A stretch of 64,000 nucleotides of DNA from positions 3,264,001 to 3,328,000 of the forward strand of contig CBDBGH010000003.1 in the NCBI GenBank assembly GCA_965205265.1, given 5' to 3'. This DNA comes from Alphaproteobacteria bacterium. Lineage in GTDB: Bacteria; Pseudomonadota; Alphaproteobacteria; Bin95. The first letter of the stretch is position 1, and every line of letters starts with the position of its first letter. The position numbers were made by a program, and so were the translations under genes. The notes under the pieces are model-generated. The model saw only the letters and a program-made list of their open reading frames with translations. It was not told where the DNA came from and did not search any database. Shown here one piece after another: positions 1-9,199 of this stretch.

Positions 1-954
1 GAGCGCGGCCGCGTTGCCGGCCTCCGCCGCCCACTGCTCGCCGGCGTCGTGGACCGCGTTCAGCACCATCTGCTGGCGCATGATCTCGGCCGCGCTTCGC
101 GACGCGCCGATCAGGAAGCCGTGGGCGGCAGGGAGTGCCGCCAGCAGTTCGGCCCGGGCCAGCGCCTCGGTCCCGGCGTCCGGGAAGATGCGCCGGCCGA
201 ACACCGCGCCGGCGCGCGCGATCTCGGCGTTCCACTGGCCGTTCAGCCGTCCCGCCGCATCCCGGCAGGTGACAACCTGCCGGTCGACCGGCGTCGCCCC
301 GGTGCCCGACGCCGGCTGCCTTGTCGCGAACTCGACCATGCGCGCCGGCGAGGCGCCGGCCGAGGGCGACCCGGTGGCGGTGACCAGCGACCAGATGTCG
401 GTCGATTCCCGCAGATCGTCGGCCGAGACGTGGCCCAGCAGCAGGGCCGGGAACACGCACTGGCGGGCATAGTTGCGGACATTGCGCGCGAACACCGCGT
501 CGGTGATCTCCAGCCGCGTCGCCTTCGCCGCCAGCCGCGCCCCGAAGATCAGCCCGTGGCGGCGGTAGGCGAGGTCGTTCGGCAGCGCGAAGGCCTGCTC
601 GGTGAGGCGGGTGAGGCCGTCGCCGACCTGCGACGTGAGCGAGGCGAAGAGCGCCAGGCCGATCGGCACGTTGGCCACCACGGCGGGTGCCAGCGCCGGA
701 TCGAGCCGGTCGACCACCCGCACGGTGGCCTTCGGCACGATCATCGCGCCCCACACGGCGGCGAACAGCAGGATCCACTTCGCGTTGTCCTTCCACGAGC
801 CGCCGAAGGCGGTGCGGAACAGGATCCACCCGAGACCGGCGATGCCGGCCAGCTGCGCCAGCGTGATGTAGGCGCCGCCGCCGGTGATCGCGGCGACCGC
901 GTTCAGCAGGTCGACCAGGTAGGTCCCGCCGCCCAGGGTGAAGAGCTCGTACAT
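1..954 (-). CDS. traG: Conjugal transfer protein TraG, N-terminal part (runs off window)
   Basis: Manual translation from ATG at 954: MYELFTLGGGTYLVDLLNAVAA...VVDRLDP...VANVPIGLALFASLTSQVG, a typical TraG_N start; follows traH. Confidence 0.9.
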   Translation of the reverse strand, partial: MYELFTLGGGTYLVDLLNAVAAITGGGAYITLAQLAGIAGLGWILFRTAFGGSWKDNAKWILLFAAVWGAMIVPKATVRVVDRLDPALAPAVVANVPIGLALFASLTSQVGDGLTRLTEQAFALPNDLAYRRHGLIFGARLAAKATRLEITDAVFARNVRNYARQCVFPALLLGHVSADDLRESTDIWSLVTATGSPSAGASPARMVEFATRQPASGTGATPVDRQVVTCRDAAGRLNGQWNAEIARAGAVFGRRIFPDAGTEALARAELLAALPAAHGFLIGASRSAAEIMRQQMVLNAVHDAGEQWAAEAGNAAAL

Positions 955-967
955 TATGTATGCGCCC

Positions 968-2395
968 CTACCGCGATCCGGCGCCAGCGGCGCCGCGGGC
1001 GAAGGCGAGCGCGGCGCGCAGGTCGGCCGAGAGCGCGCCGGCCAGTTCGGTCTCGATCAGGCGCAGCTTCTCGACCACGGCGAGCGCGGTGTTGAAGCGG
1101 GCGAGGCCTTCCGAGCGGTGCCGGGCGAGCGCGATGCGGTTGTGGCGCAGTCCCTCGCGCCAGCGCCGCAGCCGGTCCCCGTCGGCGATGTCCAGCGTCC
1201 CGGCGCGTTCCTCCACCATGCGGTGCAGGTCCGAGAGCCAGACCTGCATGACGTCGAGCGCCACCGCCTCGGCGAGAACGTCCATCTCCTGGTCCACTAC
1301 CGCGCCCCGATAGGCCACCGCCGCGTTAGCCACCCGGTAGACCGGCAGCGTGGTGAGGTTGACCAGCCCCAGCGCCGCCGGCGGCGGGGCCGTGTCGGAC
1401 CTGACGGCGTCCACCAGGTCGCGCAGCAGGCCGGCGACCCGCGCCCGGAAGCCCCGGTTCGCGGGGATCGTGACGCTCGCCAGGGCCGGATTGAGACAGC
1501 GGGCGGTCTCGTCGCAGCGGTAGACCGGGAGATTGCCGCCGCCCTCCATCAGCGTCTCGGTCACCCGGCGGTCGAGCGCCAGCGGCTCCAGGATGCGCAC
1601 CCGGGGACCCGAGGCGTCCCCATCCGAGACCGGCGCGGTGACGATCACCGTGCCGGTCACCGCCATGGCGAACTCGGCAAGCGCCGCATCGCCCGTGAGG
1701 AAGGCCGAGGCCCGCACCGCCTTCCAGGCGTAGTTGACGTTGACCGGCACCTGGCCGGCCATCGCCCCGGAGGCGGACGCCAGCGTCGAGTTCCGCTTGC
1801 CGCCGGCGCCGCAGCCATGGCGGGCGGCGGCGTAGTCCGAGAACAGGCCCTGAGACGTGCCGATGGCGGCGCAGATGGCGGCGCTGGCCCGGTCGTTCTT
1901 CGCCCAGGCGGCGCCGACCAGCGCCTGGGCGGTCTCGCAGCTGTCGAGGTTCTGGGCGTTCACCCACTGGGCGAGCGCGCGCAGCTTCGACATGGTCTCG
2001 GCGATCACCGGGCTGATGGTCTCCAGCGCCAGCTCGAAGGCGAAACCGGCGGCGTTCTGGGCCACCGCGCGGCCGAAGGCGATCAGCTGGTCGGAGTCGA
2101 TGAAGGAGAAGGCGCCCGCGAAGGCGTCGATGCCGCCGCAGCCGGCGCGGAACGACGGCAGGCTCGCGGTGGCGATCTGCTCCGCGCGCACCGGCGCCCT
2201 GAGATAGAGGTTGCCGAGCGTCCAGTGGCCCGAGGCCTGGCCGTCGAAGGCGGTCGGACCGGTGACGTTCACCGCCGCGCCGCGCCAGAAGGACTCCATC
2301 TCCGACAGCACGTCGGCACCGGCGGGTGTTGCGGCGGACAGGATCGCGGCAAGCGCCAGTGCCGGAACGGCATGTCTCTTCCATTCAATAGTCAT
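968..2395 (-). CDS. traH: F-type pilus assembly protein TraH
   Basis: Signal peptide, NVTGPTAFDGQASGHWTLG and PSFRAGCGGIDAFAGAFSFI motifs; start reset to MTIEW. Confidence 0.93.
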   Translation of the reverse strand: MTIEWKRHAVPALALAAILSAATPAGADVLSEMESFWRGAAVNVTGPTAFDGQASGHWTLGNLYLRAPVRAEQIATASLPSFRAGCGGIDAFAGAFSFIDSDQLIAFGRAVAQNAAGFAFELALETISPVIAETMSKLRALAQWVNAQNLDSCETAQALVGAAWAKNDRASAAICAAIGTSQGLFSDYAAARHGCGAGGKRNSTLASASGAMAGQVPVNVNYAWKAVRASAFLTGDAALAEFAMAVTGTVIVTAPVSDGDASGPRVRILEPLALDRRVTETLMEGGGNLPVYRCDETARCLNPALASVTIPANRGFRARVAGLLRDLVDAVRSDTAPPPAALGLVNLTTLPVYRVANAAVAYRGAVVDQEMDVLAEAVALDVMQVWLSDLHRMVEERAGTLDIADGDRLRRWREGLRHNRIALARHRSEGLARFNTALAVVEKLRLIETELAGALSADLRAALAFARGAAGAGSR

Positions 2396-3254
2396 GTCCG
2401 GGCTCCAGTTGGGTGAGCGCGAAGATGCGTTGCGCCATGACGTCCTCGGCCATGACGCCGAAGCCGACCGGCAGCACGCGTTGCGTGGCGGTGTCGAACA
2501 GCACGAGGGCCGGCGCCGGGGCTTCGCCGAGGCCGAGCCGGGCGGCGCGGCCGTTGTCGGCCACCGCCTCGGGCCAGCCCTCCAGCGCCGCGCCGGTGAG
2601 CGAGACCGCGAGCACGTCGAGGCCGTGGCGCAGCGCGAAGGCGCGCAGCAGCGGGCCGAACACCCTGCACCCCGCGCAGCCGGCATGGCCGAGATAGATC
2701 AGCCCATAGCGGTCCTTCAGGCCGGCCAGCGCCCGGTCCCGCGCCGCGCGGCGCTCGTCCGACCAGACCTGGCGGGCGAGCGCCCCCACCGGGCGCTTCA
2801 GCGTGTAGTCCAGTTCCGGCGTTGCCCACACCGTGCGCCGGAAGGCGTCGGAGAACGCCGCCGCCCTCTGCAATGTCTCCTGTTGCAGGCGCAGATAGGC
2901 CGTCACCTTCTCCGGCGTCGGATCGAGAATCGCCTCGGCGCGGGCCTCCTCCAGCACCCGGCGCAGCGCCGCAATGCGCTCGGTGGCGGGTCTCTCAGAG
3001 TCCACGGCAGATGGCGGCGCGGATTGCGGAATGGCGCGTTCGTTCTCTGTTTCCTGACGGTCGCAGTAGAAGTGCCAGCCGAGGGACGGCCCGTATTCCG
3101 CCGCCTGTCCCGGACCCGGTCCGGGGCACCACGACCGCCATTCCCCGCCTGCCGCCGGTGCGCCCAGGGCGGCCCACACGCCGAGCGCCGCAACGGTCCG
3201 CACCACGGCGCGCTTCAGCGTCCGCAGGGCGGCGGACTTCCCGGAGGCCGTCAT
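2385..3254 (-). CDS. traF: F-type pilus assembly thioredoxin-like protein TraF
   Basis: GWHFYC, AILDPT..V..Y, CAGC thioredoxin-like motif, GFGVMA; ATGA-coupled to traN. Confidence 0.9.
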   Translation of the reverse strand: MTASGKSAALRTLKRAVVRTVAALGVWAALGAPAAGGEWRSWCPGPGPGQAAEYGPSLGWHFYCDRQETENERAIPQSAPPSAVDSERPATERIAALRRVLEEARAEAILDPTPEKVTAYLRLQQETLQRAAAFSDAFRRTVWATPELDYTLKRPVGALARQVWSDERRAARDRALAGLKDRYGLIYLGHAGCAGCRVFGPLLRAFALRHGLDVLAVSLTGAALEGWPEAVADNGRAARLGLGEAPAPALVLFDTATQRVLPVGFGVMAEDVMAQRIFALTQLEPGHDY

Positions 3255-4402
3255 CGCGGGTTCCTCCGGTAGAAGTCGCGGATGCGGTCCTGCATGAGCG
3301 TCCGGGTGTCGCCGGCCTCGGGCAGCGCGACGGCGGGCGCCGCCGCGCCATCCAGAAGGTCGGCCGTGAACTCCGAGAGGTCGAGGGCGGCGAAGTCGAT
3401 GCGCTCGACCTCCGGCACCGTGAACCCCCGGCAGCTCCCCCAGCCGATGCCCAGCTGCGGCCGCGCCTGCTCGTGCAGGATGCGCCCGAGCTTCGACGGG
3501 AACACGCACCAGGCCCGCGTCCGGCGGAGGCAGACCCCGAGAACCCGCTTCGAGCACCAGGACCCGAGATAGCGGGTCGTGCCCGCGACGCGCTCCTGGG
3601 CGAGTTCGATCTCCGAAGCCGAGCACCTGGCGAGGCCGGACAGCATGCCGCCGCCCGTGCAGCAGTCGGCCAGCCCGCCCAGATGGATATGGCAGGTCCG
3701 GCGCTTGCCGGTGAAGATGCTCAGGGTCGCGGGGTCGAACCCCTCGCCGCCCATCCCGACCGCAAGGTTCAGCCGCGTCGCCGCTTCGGCAAACCCGGTG
3801 TTGGCCCGCGGCTCCACGCTCCCGCAGTCCGCGCCGACGCACCAGGAGACGCTGCCGCAGGCCCCGCCGCGCCCGGTGTCGGCGACATCGGCCGTGCAAT
3901 CGGTCACGCTGCCCGAGGCGATATTGTCCGCGCCATGGGCGGGCACCCGGGGAGCGGCGGCGATGGCCCTGCCACGCGCCACACCGGGATCGGCGACTGT
4001 CACGGGCCTCTCGGGCCGCACCGACGCGCCTTCGGTCGCCATCCGCCCGGCAACGCCGCCGGGATCGTCCGGGTCGGCCAGGCGCCGCTGCGCCTCGCCC
4101 GCCATGGTCGTGTCCGTGAGGCCGCGCTCCGGCAGGTCCGTGCCGACGTAGCCCGGCACCGTCGCAGCCTTCGTGGCGTCGCGCGCGATGGCGCTCGCCG
4201 TCGCTGCGCCGGCCTGACCGATCTCGCGGGCGGTCTCCTTCGGGTCGATCGACTGCGCCTGGGCCGCCATGCCGGAGACAACCCACAGCATCAGGCAGAC
4301 GAGCGCGAACATGGCCAGCCAGACGAGCAGGCGGACGATCCGGGTCATGCGGTCGATGGCGACCGAGACGCGGTCGCCCGAAGAATCGAGCCGTTCCGTC
4401 AT
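3251..4402 (-). CDS. traN: Mating-pair stabilisation protein TraN (short form)
   Basis: Cys-rich C-terminus: IFTG..C...DCC, YLGSWCSKRVLGVC, CVFPSKLGRILHEQAR.QL, CRGFT..E..IDF..LDLSEF. Confidence 0.9.
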   Translation of the reverse strand: MTERLDSSGDRVSVAIDRMTRIVRLLVWLAMFALVCLMLWVVSGMAAQAQSIDPKETAREIGQAGAATASAIARDATKAATVPGYVGTDLPERGLTDTTMAGEAQRRLADPDDPGGVAGRMATEGASVRPERPVTVADPGVARGRAIAAAPRVPAHGADNIASGSVTDCTADVADTGRGGACGSVSWCVGADCGSVEPRANTGFAEAATRLNLAVGMGGEGFDPATLSIFTGKRRTCHIHLGGLADCCTGGGMLSGLARCSASEIELAQERVAGTTRYLGSWCSKRVLGVCLRRTRAWCVFPSKLGRILHEQARPQLGIGWGSCRGFTVPEVERIDFAALDLSEFTADLLDGAAAPAVALPEAGDTRTLMQDRIRDFYRRNPR

Positions 4403-5151
4403 GGTCGGCCCTCCCCATACAGGCGTTCGAGAAAGGCCTTCGCGACCGTGCGTCCGGCATCGCCTTCATCCGCGACCGCCTCCAGCGCGGCAACGAGGCC
4501 GATGTTCCCGGCAACGAGATCGTGCAGCGGAGCGGCGTCGCCTGAGCAGCCCCGGCTCTCGCAGGGCGGCACGCCGCCCGGCGCGACGACCACGGCGGGC
4601 ACGCGCGTCACGGCAAACAGGCGGAACAGGCGCGGGTCGATGGCAACGCCGGCGTCCGTCCCGCCAAGCCGTTCGCCGATCCGCTTCGCGGTCTCCGGCA
4701 AGCCGCCTTCGCCCACGCCGCGCAGCACCAGCGGCGTGCCCGACCTTGCGGCGTCATCCGCCCATTGCCGCCAGCTCGCCGCCGGCACCGACAGGCTGAT
4801 GAAGATCAACACCTCCGCCGAGGCGGGGCGGTGGTCTGCGAATGCACCCGCATGGCGTTCGGCCGGCAGCGGGGCGGGGAGCGGCCCCGCATCCTGTCCG
4901 GGAACCGCCTGCCGCGCGGTCTCTCCCGCCTTCTCCAGCACCCGGTCGATGACGCCGCGTGTCCAGGCGCCGAGCGAGCCATCGCCGCCGTTCCCCGCAC
5001 GGCGCATGACGTCCTCGACAAGCCGGCTTGCAGCCGCTTCGGGAGTCCCGGCCGGCGGGCTTCCGTCCGCCCGGACAGAACCGGGAGGGCCGGCCGCCAG
5101 CAGCGAAGCAGCCAGGAGCGCCGCTGCGAAGCCCCGCCGAACACGCTTCAT
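4399..5151 (-). CDS. trbC: F-type pilus assembly protein TrbC
   Basis: IFISLSVP, LVLRG, IDPRLFRLFAVTRVPAVV, D.VAGNI...AL; start at MKRVRR. Confidence 0.9.
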   Translation of the reverse strand: MKRVRRGFAAALLAASLLAAGPPGSVRADGSPPAGTPEAAASRLVEDVMRRAGNGGDGSLGAWTRGVIDRVLEKAGETARQAVPGQDAGPLPAPLPAERHAGAFADHRPASAEVLIFISLSVPAASWRQWADDAARSGTPLVLRGVGEGGLPETAKRIGERLGGTDAGVAIDPRLFRLFAVTRVPAVVVAPGGVPPCESRGCSGDAAPLHDLVAGNIGLVAALEAVADEGDAGRTVAKAFLERLYGEGRP

Positions 5152-5195
5152 TTCTTCATCCTCTGCACTCGATTTATCCAGGCGTTTCAACAGGT

Positions 5196-6194
5196 TCACA
5201 TCGAACAGCAATTGCGTTTCCTCCACAGCAGGTAGCCGAAGCTCTCGCCCGAGACGGGCAGCTCGCGGAGCGACTCCCACAACACCGAGGAGCGCCCGGT
5301 CGGGTTGCAGCCCGTCATCGGCGTCGTTGCCGGCACCGGCTGGGTCATCTGCCAGCGGTACTGCGACTTCTTCATCACCGGCATCGGATAGCGCCCGCAG
5401 AGCGCGGCCGATCCGGATGTTCCCCAGGCGATCCCCGTGCGGTGCAGCCGGTAGACCAGCCGCTGGGCTGCCAGCAGCGAGGCCTGCACGCCGCCGACAT
5501 GGGCCGCGACATTGCCGGTCAGCGGATACATCCCGCCCTGGCAACCGGCGCACCAGAACAGCGCATCGAGCGGCAGGGCCGCGGTCGCGGCCGCGCAGTC
5601 GGCTGCGCAGGCGGCCTGGGCCGGCAGGCCGGCGAACAGCGCCGCCTCGGGGTTCAAGAGGAACGACAACTCGTCGTCGAGCCAGGCCGGGTCGAGTTCG
5701 GAGACCCAGGCGATGTCAAGCGACCCGCCCTCCAGGCAGCCCAGATCGAGCAGGGCGCCGATCCACGACAGCAGCGGATATGTGTACCAGTGCGCGTGCC
5801 AGACCGAGCCGGCCGCGCCGTCGCCGCCCGAGGAGCCGGTGCGGCCCCTTGCGGCCGGCAGGCCCGGATCGATGGCGAGGCCGCCGAGATTGGGGAAGCA
5901 CCACGGCGTGCGGGTCACGTCCACCAGCCTTGCCGGCTCCCAGACGCCGAGCGCGAGGCCGATGCGGGGGATGGGCGAGCCGCAGACGCAGACCGGCGAG
6001 GACGGGTTGGGCGTGTCCGGCGCGCCCGAGGCGCTGCCGACGGTGACCGGCCCGATCGAGATCGGGAACAGGCATTCCCAGCAGACATCCGCGACCGGGT
6101 TCACGAACCGCCCCGTGCAGGTCTGCGCCGGGGCCGGCGCGGCCCACAGCATCGCCACGACAAGGGCTGCCACGGGAAGGACGCGCCGGGTCAT
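5196..6194 (-). CDS. traU: Conjugal transfer protein TraU
   Basis: CTGRFVNPVADVCWECLFPISIG, WEPARLVDVTRTPWCFP, FWCAGCQG, YLLWRKRNCC. Confidence 0.95.
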   Translation of the reverse strand: MTRRVLPVAALVVAMLWAAPAPAQTCTGRFVNPVADVCWECLFPISIGPVTVGSASGAPDTPNPSSPVCVCGSPIPRIGLALGVWEPARLVDVTRTPWCFPNLGGLAIDPGLPAARGRTGSSGGDGAAGSVWHAHWYTYPLLSWIGALLDLGCLEGGSLDIAWVSELDPAWLDDELSFLLNPEAALFAGLPAQAACAADCAAATAALPLDALFWCAGCQGGMYPLTGNVAAHVGGVQASLLAAQRLVYRLHRTGIAWGTSGSAALCGRYPMPVMKKSQYRWQMTQPVPATTPMTGCNPTGRSSVLWESLRELPVSGESFGYLLWRKRNCCSM

Positions 6195-6568
6195 GCCCCG
6201 GATCCCCCATCGCCGTCTTCCGGCCGCCGCTTCGCCAGCACGCTCACCATTCCCTGCGGCCCGGCGGCGACGATCTCGTTGACGCTGCGTTCCACGCCGT
6301 CGGAGCCGGTGTATCTCCGGGTCGCGAGCCGGCCTTCGACCAGCACGGCATCGCCCTTCTTCAGCATCCGTTCGACGATGCCCACGGCCGGGCCGTAGAC
6401 CGTGATGCGGTGCCATTCGGTCGACTCGACGGTCTCCCCGTTCCGGTCCTTCCACCGTTCCGTCGTGGCGAGGCTGAAGGACGCCGCCTTGTTGCCGTTG
6501 GCGAGAGAGCGGATCTCGGGGGCGCGTCCGGCATGGCCGAGCAGGGTCGCGCGGTTCACGGTCAGCAT
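6191..6568 (-). CDS. ssb: Single-stranded DNA-binding protein (no acidic C-tail)
   Basis: VNRATLLGH.G..PEIR, FSLATTERWKD, TEWHRI, KKGD.VLVEGRL OB-fold motifs. Confidence 0.92.
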   Translation of the reverse strand: MLTVNRATLLGHAGRAPEIRSLANGNKAASFSLATTERWKDRNGETVESTEWHRITVYGPAVGIVERMLKKGDAVLVEGRLATRRYTGSDGVERSVNEIVAAGPQGMVSVLAKRRPEDGDGGSGA

Positions 6569-7278
6569 GGCTTGCGTCTCCTGTTGTCCGGTCGATGAGT
6601 TGTCGGGACCGCCTGGCAGTCCGCCGCAGGCCGGTCGTCGATCGGGATTTCCGTGAGGCGCAGGAGCCGGCCTTCCTGCGCGACCAGCGTGGGCGTGGCG
6701 CGGATCGCGAAGCGCTCGGCGAGCCGCCCGCCCGCATCGAAGAAGAAGGGCCGGCCGTGGCGGCGCATGAGATCGAGCGGCCGCCCGGCGAGCAGCACGA
6801 TCTTCGCGGGACGATGATGGGCCAGCGCCCAGGCAATCTCGGCTTCGCGCCGGCCGTCGACGAACAGCAGGGCGCGCGTCAGCGGCAGACGCTCCAGCGG
6901 GTCGAGCCTGGTCCCGGCGGCGGCGATCAGCGCGCCGTCCGGGCCGCGGATGTCCTGCGCCACCGTCACAGCGGGATCGAACAGGCGGCTCTTGCGTTCC
7001 CGCGCCGGCGCGATGCCCGGCACGGGGTCCGGCGCTTCCAGCGTTCGCCGCGCCCGCTCGCGAGCTTCCTCTTCCAGCCGCACCAGTGCGCCCGAACGCT
7101 GCATCTCCGCGAGCCGCGCCTCGATCGCCGCCAGCAGGTCCGGCTCGGCCACCGGCCAGGTCGCGCCGCGCATGCCCAGGTCCTTCGCCGAAGCCCCGGA
7201 CACGATCCCGGCCACCGGCGCGGCCAGCATCAGCGCGACGCAAAGGGCCGTGAGGGAAGGCGGGATCAGGCGCCTCAT
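6562..7278 (-). CDS. traW: F-type pilus assembly protein TraW
   Basis: KDLG..G.TWPVAEPDLL, FDPAVTV..DI, FFDAGG.L..RF.I.ATP. Confidence 0.92.
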   Translation of the reverse strand: MRRLIPPSLTALCVALMLAAPVAGIVSGASAKDLGMRGATWPVAEPDLLAAIEARLAEMQRSGALVRLEEEARERARRTLEAPDPVPGIAPARERKSRLFDPAVTVAQDIRGPDGALIAAAGTRLDPLERLPLTRALLFVDGRREAEIAWALAHHRPAKIVLLAGRPLDLMRRHGRPFFFDAGGRLAERFAIRATPTLVAQEGRLLRLTEIPIDDRPAADCQAVPTTHRPDNRRRKPC

Positions 7279-7850
7279 CGCCGCGCCTCCGTCGCCGCAT
7301 CCTCCGGCCCGGCCAGCGGTCCTTCGAGTCCGAGCCGCGGAATATCCGGCAGGGCGATGGCGCGTCCGAGGATGCGTTCGCGCGGCACAAGCCCGATCTC
7401 CCCGTAGCGGCTGTCGTGGCTGTCGATGTGATCGCCGTGCAGGTAGTAATGCCCCGCCGGGATGATTCCGGACGCAATCGCTTCGAGCGGCCGCCCGTCG
7501 AGCGCATGGCTCTTGGCCCGGCCCGTGGCGACGCCGTCCACTCGCACCGTGCGGTCGGCATCGACCGCGACCGCCATGCCCGGCGTGCCGCGCACGGTCT
7601 TGAGATACGGGACCGGAGAGCCCGCCACCTCCGGCGGCTCGAACAGCACCCGGTCGCCGACCTCCGGGGCTGCGCCGAACAGCGGGACGGCGGCATAGCC
7701 CCAGGCCCCGTCCGACCAGCTTGCATTGACATGCACCCGCGAGACGGTGGCGAGCCACAGCGCCGCCAGCGCCGCGAGCAGGGCAAGGCCGATCCGGGCG
7801 CGGCGCCTGCCGGCGGACCGTTCCGCCGCTCCTTCGATGCGCGCGCTCAC
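7275..7850 (-). CDS. S26 signal peptidase-like pilin-processing protein (TrhF/TraF_P type)
   Basis: TM helix, N.S.S catalytic Ser region, YLK Lys, DSHDSRY box. Confidence 0.85.
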   Translation of the reverse strand: MSARIEGAAERSAGRRRARIGLALLAALAALWLATVSRVHVNASWSDGAWGYAAVPLFGAAPEVGDRVLFEPPEVAGSPVPYLKTVRGTPGMAVAVDADRTVRVDGVATGRAKSHALDGRPLEAIASGIIPAGHYYLHGDHIDSHDSRYGEIGLVPRERILGRAIALPDIPRLGLEGPLAGPEDAATEARR

Positions 7851-8209
7851 CGCCGGCGCTCCCGGACAGCATCCGGCTGCGCCAGCATTTCGGCGAGCAC
7901 AAGACGGACCCGGTCGGTGAGATCGGGCGCTCCGGCCGCCACGGCGCGGGCGGGCACCAGGACGACCCGGCCGCGCTCCGCGACATGAGCGAGCGCCTCC
8001 TCCAGCGCCGCCGCCCAGATGCGCGTCTCTACGGGCGGCAGGTCAGCGCGGGCCGCGTCGCCCGCCCGTTCCGCCACGATTTCCGCCAGCCGCACGGTCG
8101 CGACGCGCGGCCCGCCGCCATCGGCGAGGCGCACCGTCGCGGCAGCGACCGCCGCGGCGACGCCGGCCGACAGCAGGACGGCGGCCACCAGCACGCGAGC
8201 CTCGTTCAC
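7847..8209 (-). CDS. trbI: TrbI-like F-type T4SS protein
   Basis: N-terminal TM, RVATVRL, VVLVPARAVAAGAPDLT C-terminal motif; position between traC and traW. Confidence 0.7.
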   Translation of the reverse strand: MNEARVLVAAVLLSAGVAAAVAAATVRLADGGGPRVATVRLAEIVAERAGDAARADLPPVETRIWAAALEEALAHVAERGRVVLVPARAVAAGAPDLTDRVRLVLAEMLAQPDAVRERRR

Positions 8210-8463
8210 CGCGCGTCTCCCGCCGCGTCTTGACGCGCGGTCATCCGGACGTATGCGCGGGTGTCGCGGTGCCTGAACCAGGCCGTGCCGTCCTCGTCGT
8301 GGAACATGTAGAGGTAGTGGCCGGCCCAGTTGCCCGCCGACGGTTCGGCCGAGAGCAAGCCCGCCAGGATCGCGGCGCGGAACACCGCCTCGGCGTCGCG
8401 CACGACCCGCAGGGCCGGCGCGCCCCGGCGGCGCCGGTCACGCCGCCAGCGGCCGCGCGTCAT
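8206..8463 (-). CDS. Hypothetical protein
   Basis: Coupled ORF in tra operon with SD-like AAGGA; YLYMFHD...FRHRDTRAY motif; start uncertain. Confidence 0.6.
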   Translation of the reverse strand: MTRGRWRRDRRRRGAPALRVVRDAEAVFRAAILAGLLSAEPSAGNWAGHYLYMFHDEDGTAWFRHRDTRAYVRMTARQDAAGDAR

Positions 8464-9199
8464 CGTTCCGTTCCTTCCCATGCGCCCTTTCCGTTGCTCT
8501 CTCCGTCTGCAGGTTCGCGACATCGTCCTTCTCCTCGTTGCCTTCGGTCGGGTTGCGGCTTTCCCCGGAAGCGCCTGCGGCGCCGGGCGGCGCGGCGAGC
8601 GCGCGGTAGCGCGCCAGCCAGAGCCGCGCCGCCCGGCCCGGTTCGACCGGGCGGATGCGTCCGGTCAGCGGCGGGAACGCCATGCCGGTGCCTGCGCCGG
8701 GCGCGCCGCCAGCGCAGAACGCAGCGAGATCGCGGCGCTCGGCGGCGGCGGTCATGCGGGCGACGAAGCGCAGCAGTTCCGCCTCGTCGGCCGTGGGCGC
8801 GCCGTCGAGGCCGGCGGCTTCGCGCACGGCCCGGTCGATGGCGGCGCCGGCGCGCCGGGACCGTTCGGCGGCCCGCGCCGAGGCCGGACCGTTGGCTTCG
8901 ATGTCGCCCAGCCAGGCGATGCGGGCGTCGGCGAGGAGCGCGTGGAGCGCCAGCCGCCGCCGCTCCCCGGGTCCGGCGAACGCCTCGACCGCCTCGCTCG
9001 CCACCACGGCGCGCTGCGCAACGGCGTAGAACCGGCGCGTGCGCCCGCCCCAGAGGCAGGTGTTGGCCAGCACATGGGCCAGCGCCTCGAAGTCGATGCC
9101 GGCCGTCGTCACCGTTTCCGGATCGCCCGGCCAGACGAGCGGCCGTTCCGGGTCCGCGGTCCCGGCGCGCCGGTTCCCGCCCTGCGTCTTCATGGCCAT
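8438..9199 (-). CDS. HD-domain (YfbR/YfdR-like) protein with substituted metal ligands
   Basis: IDFEALAHVLANTCLWGGRTRRFYAVAQRAV...LHALLADARIAWLGDI aligns to the family pattern IAHAL..ICRF.GH...FYSVAQH...LLHDA.EAY.GD. Confidence 0.75.
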   Translation of the reverse strand: MAMKTQGGNRRAGTADPERPLVWPGDPETVTTAGIDFEALAHVLANTCLWGGRTRRFYAVAQRAVVASEAVEAFAGPGERRRLALHALLADARIAWLGDIEANGPASARAAERSRRAGAAIDRAVREAAGLDGAPTADEAELLRFVARMTAAAERRDLAAFCAGGAPGAGTGMAFPPLTGRIRPVEPGRAARLWLARYRALAAPPGAAGASGESRNPTEGNEEKDDVANLQTERATERAHGKERNDDARPLAA

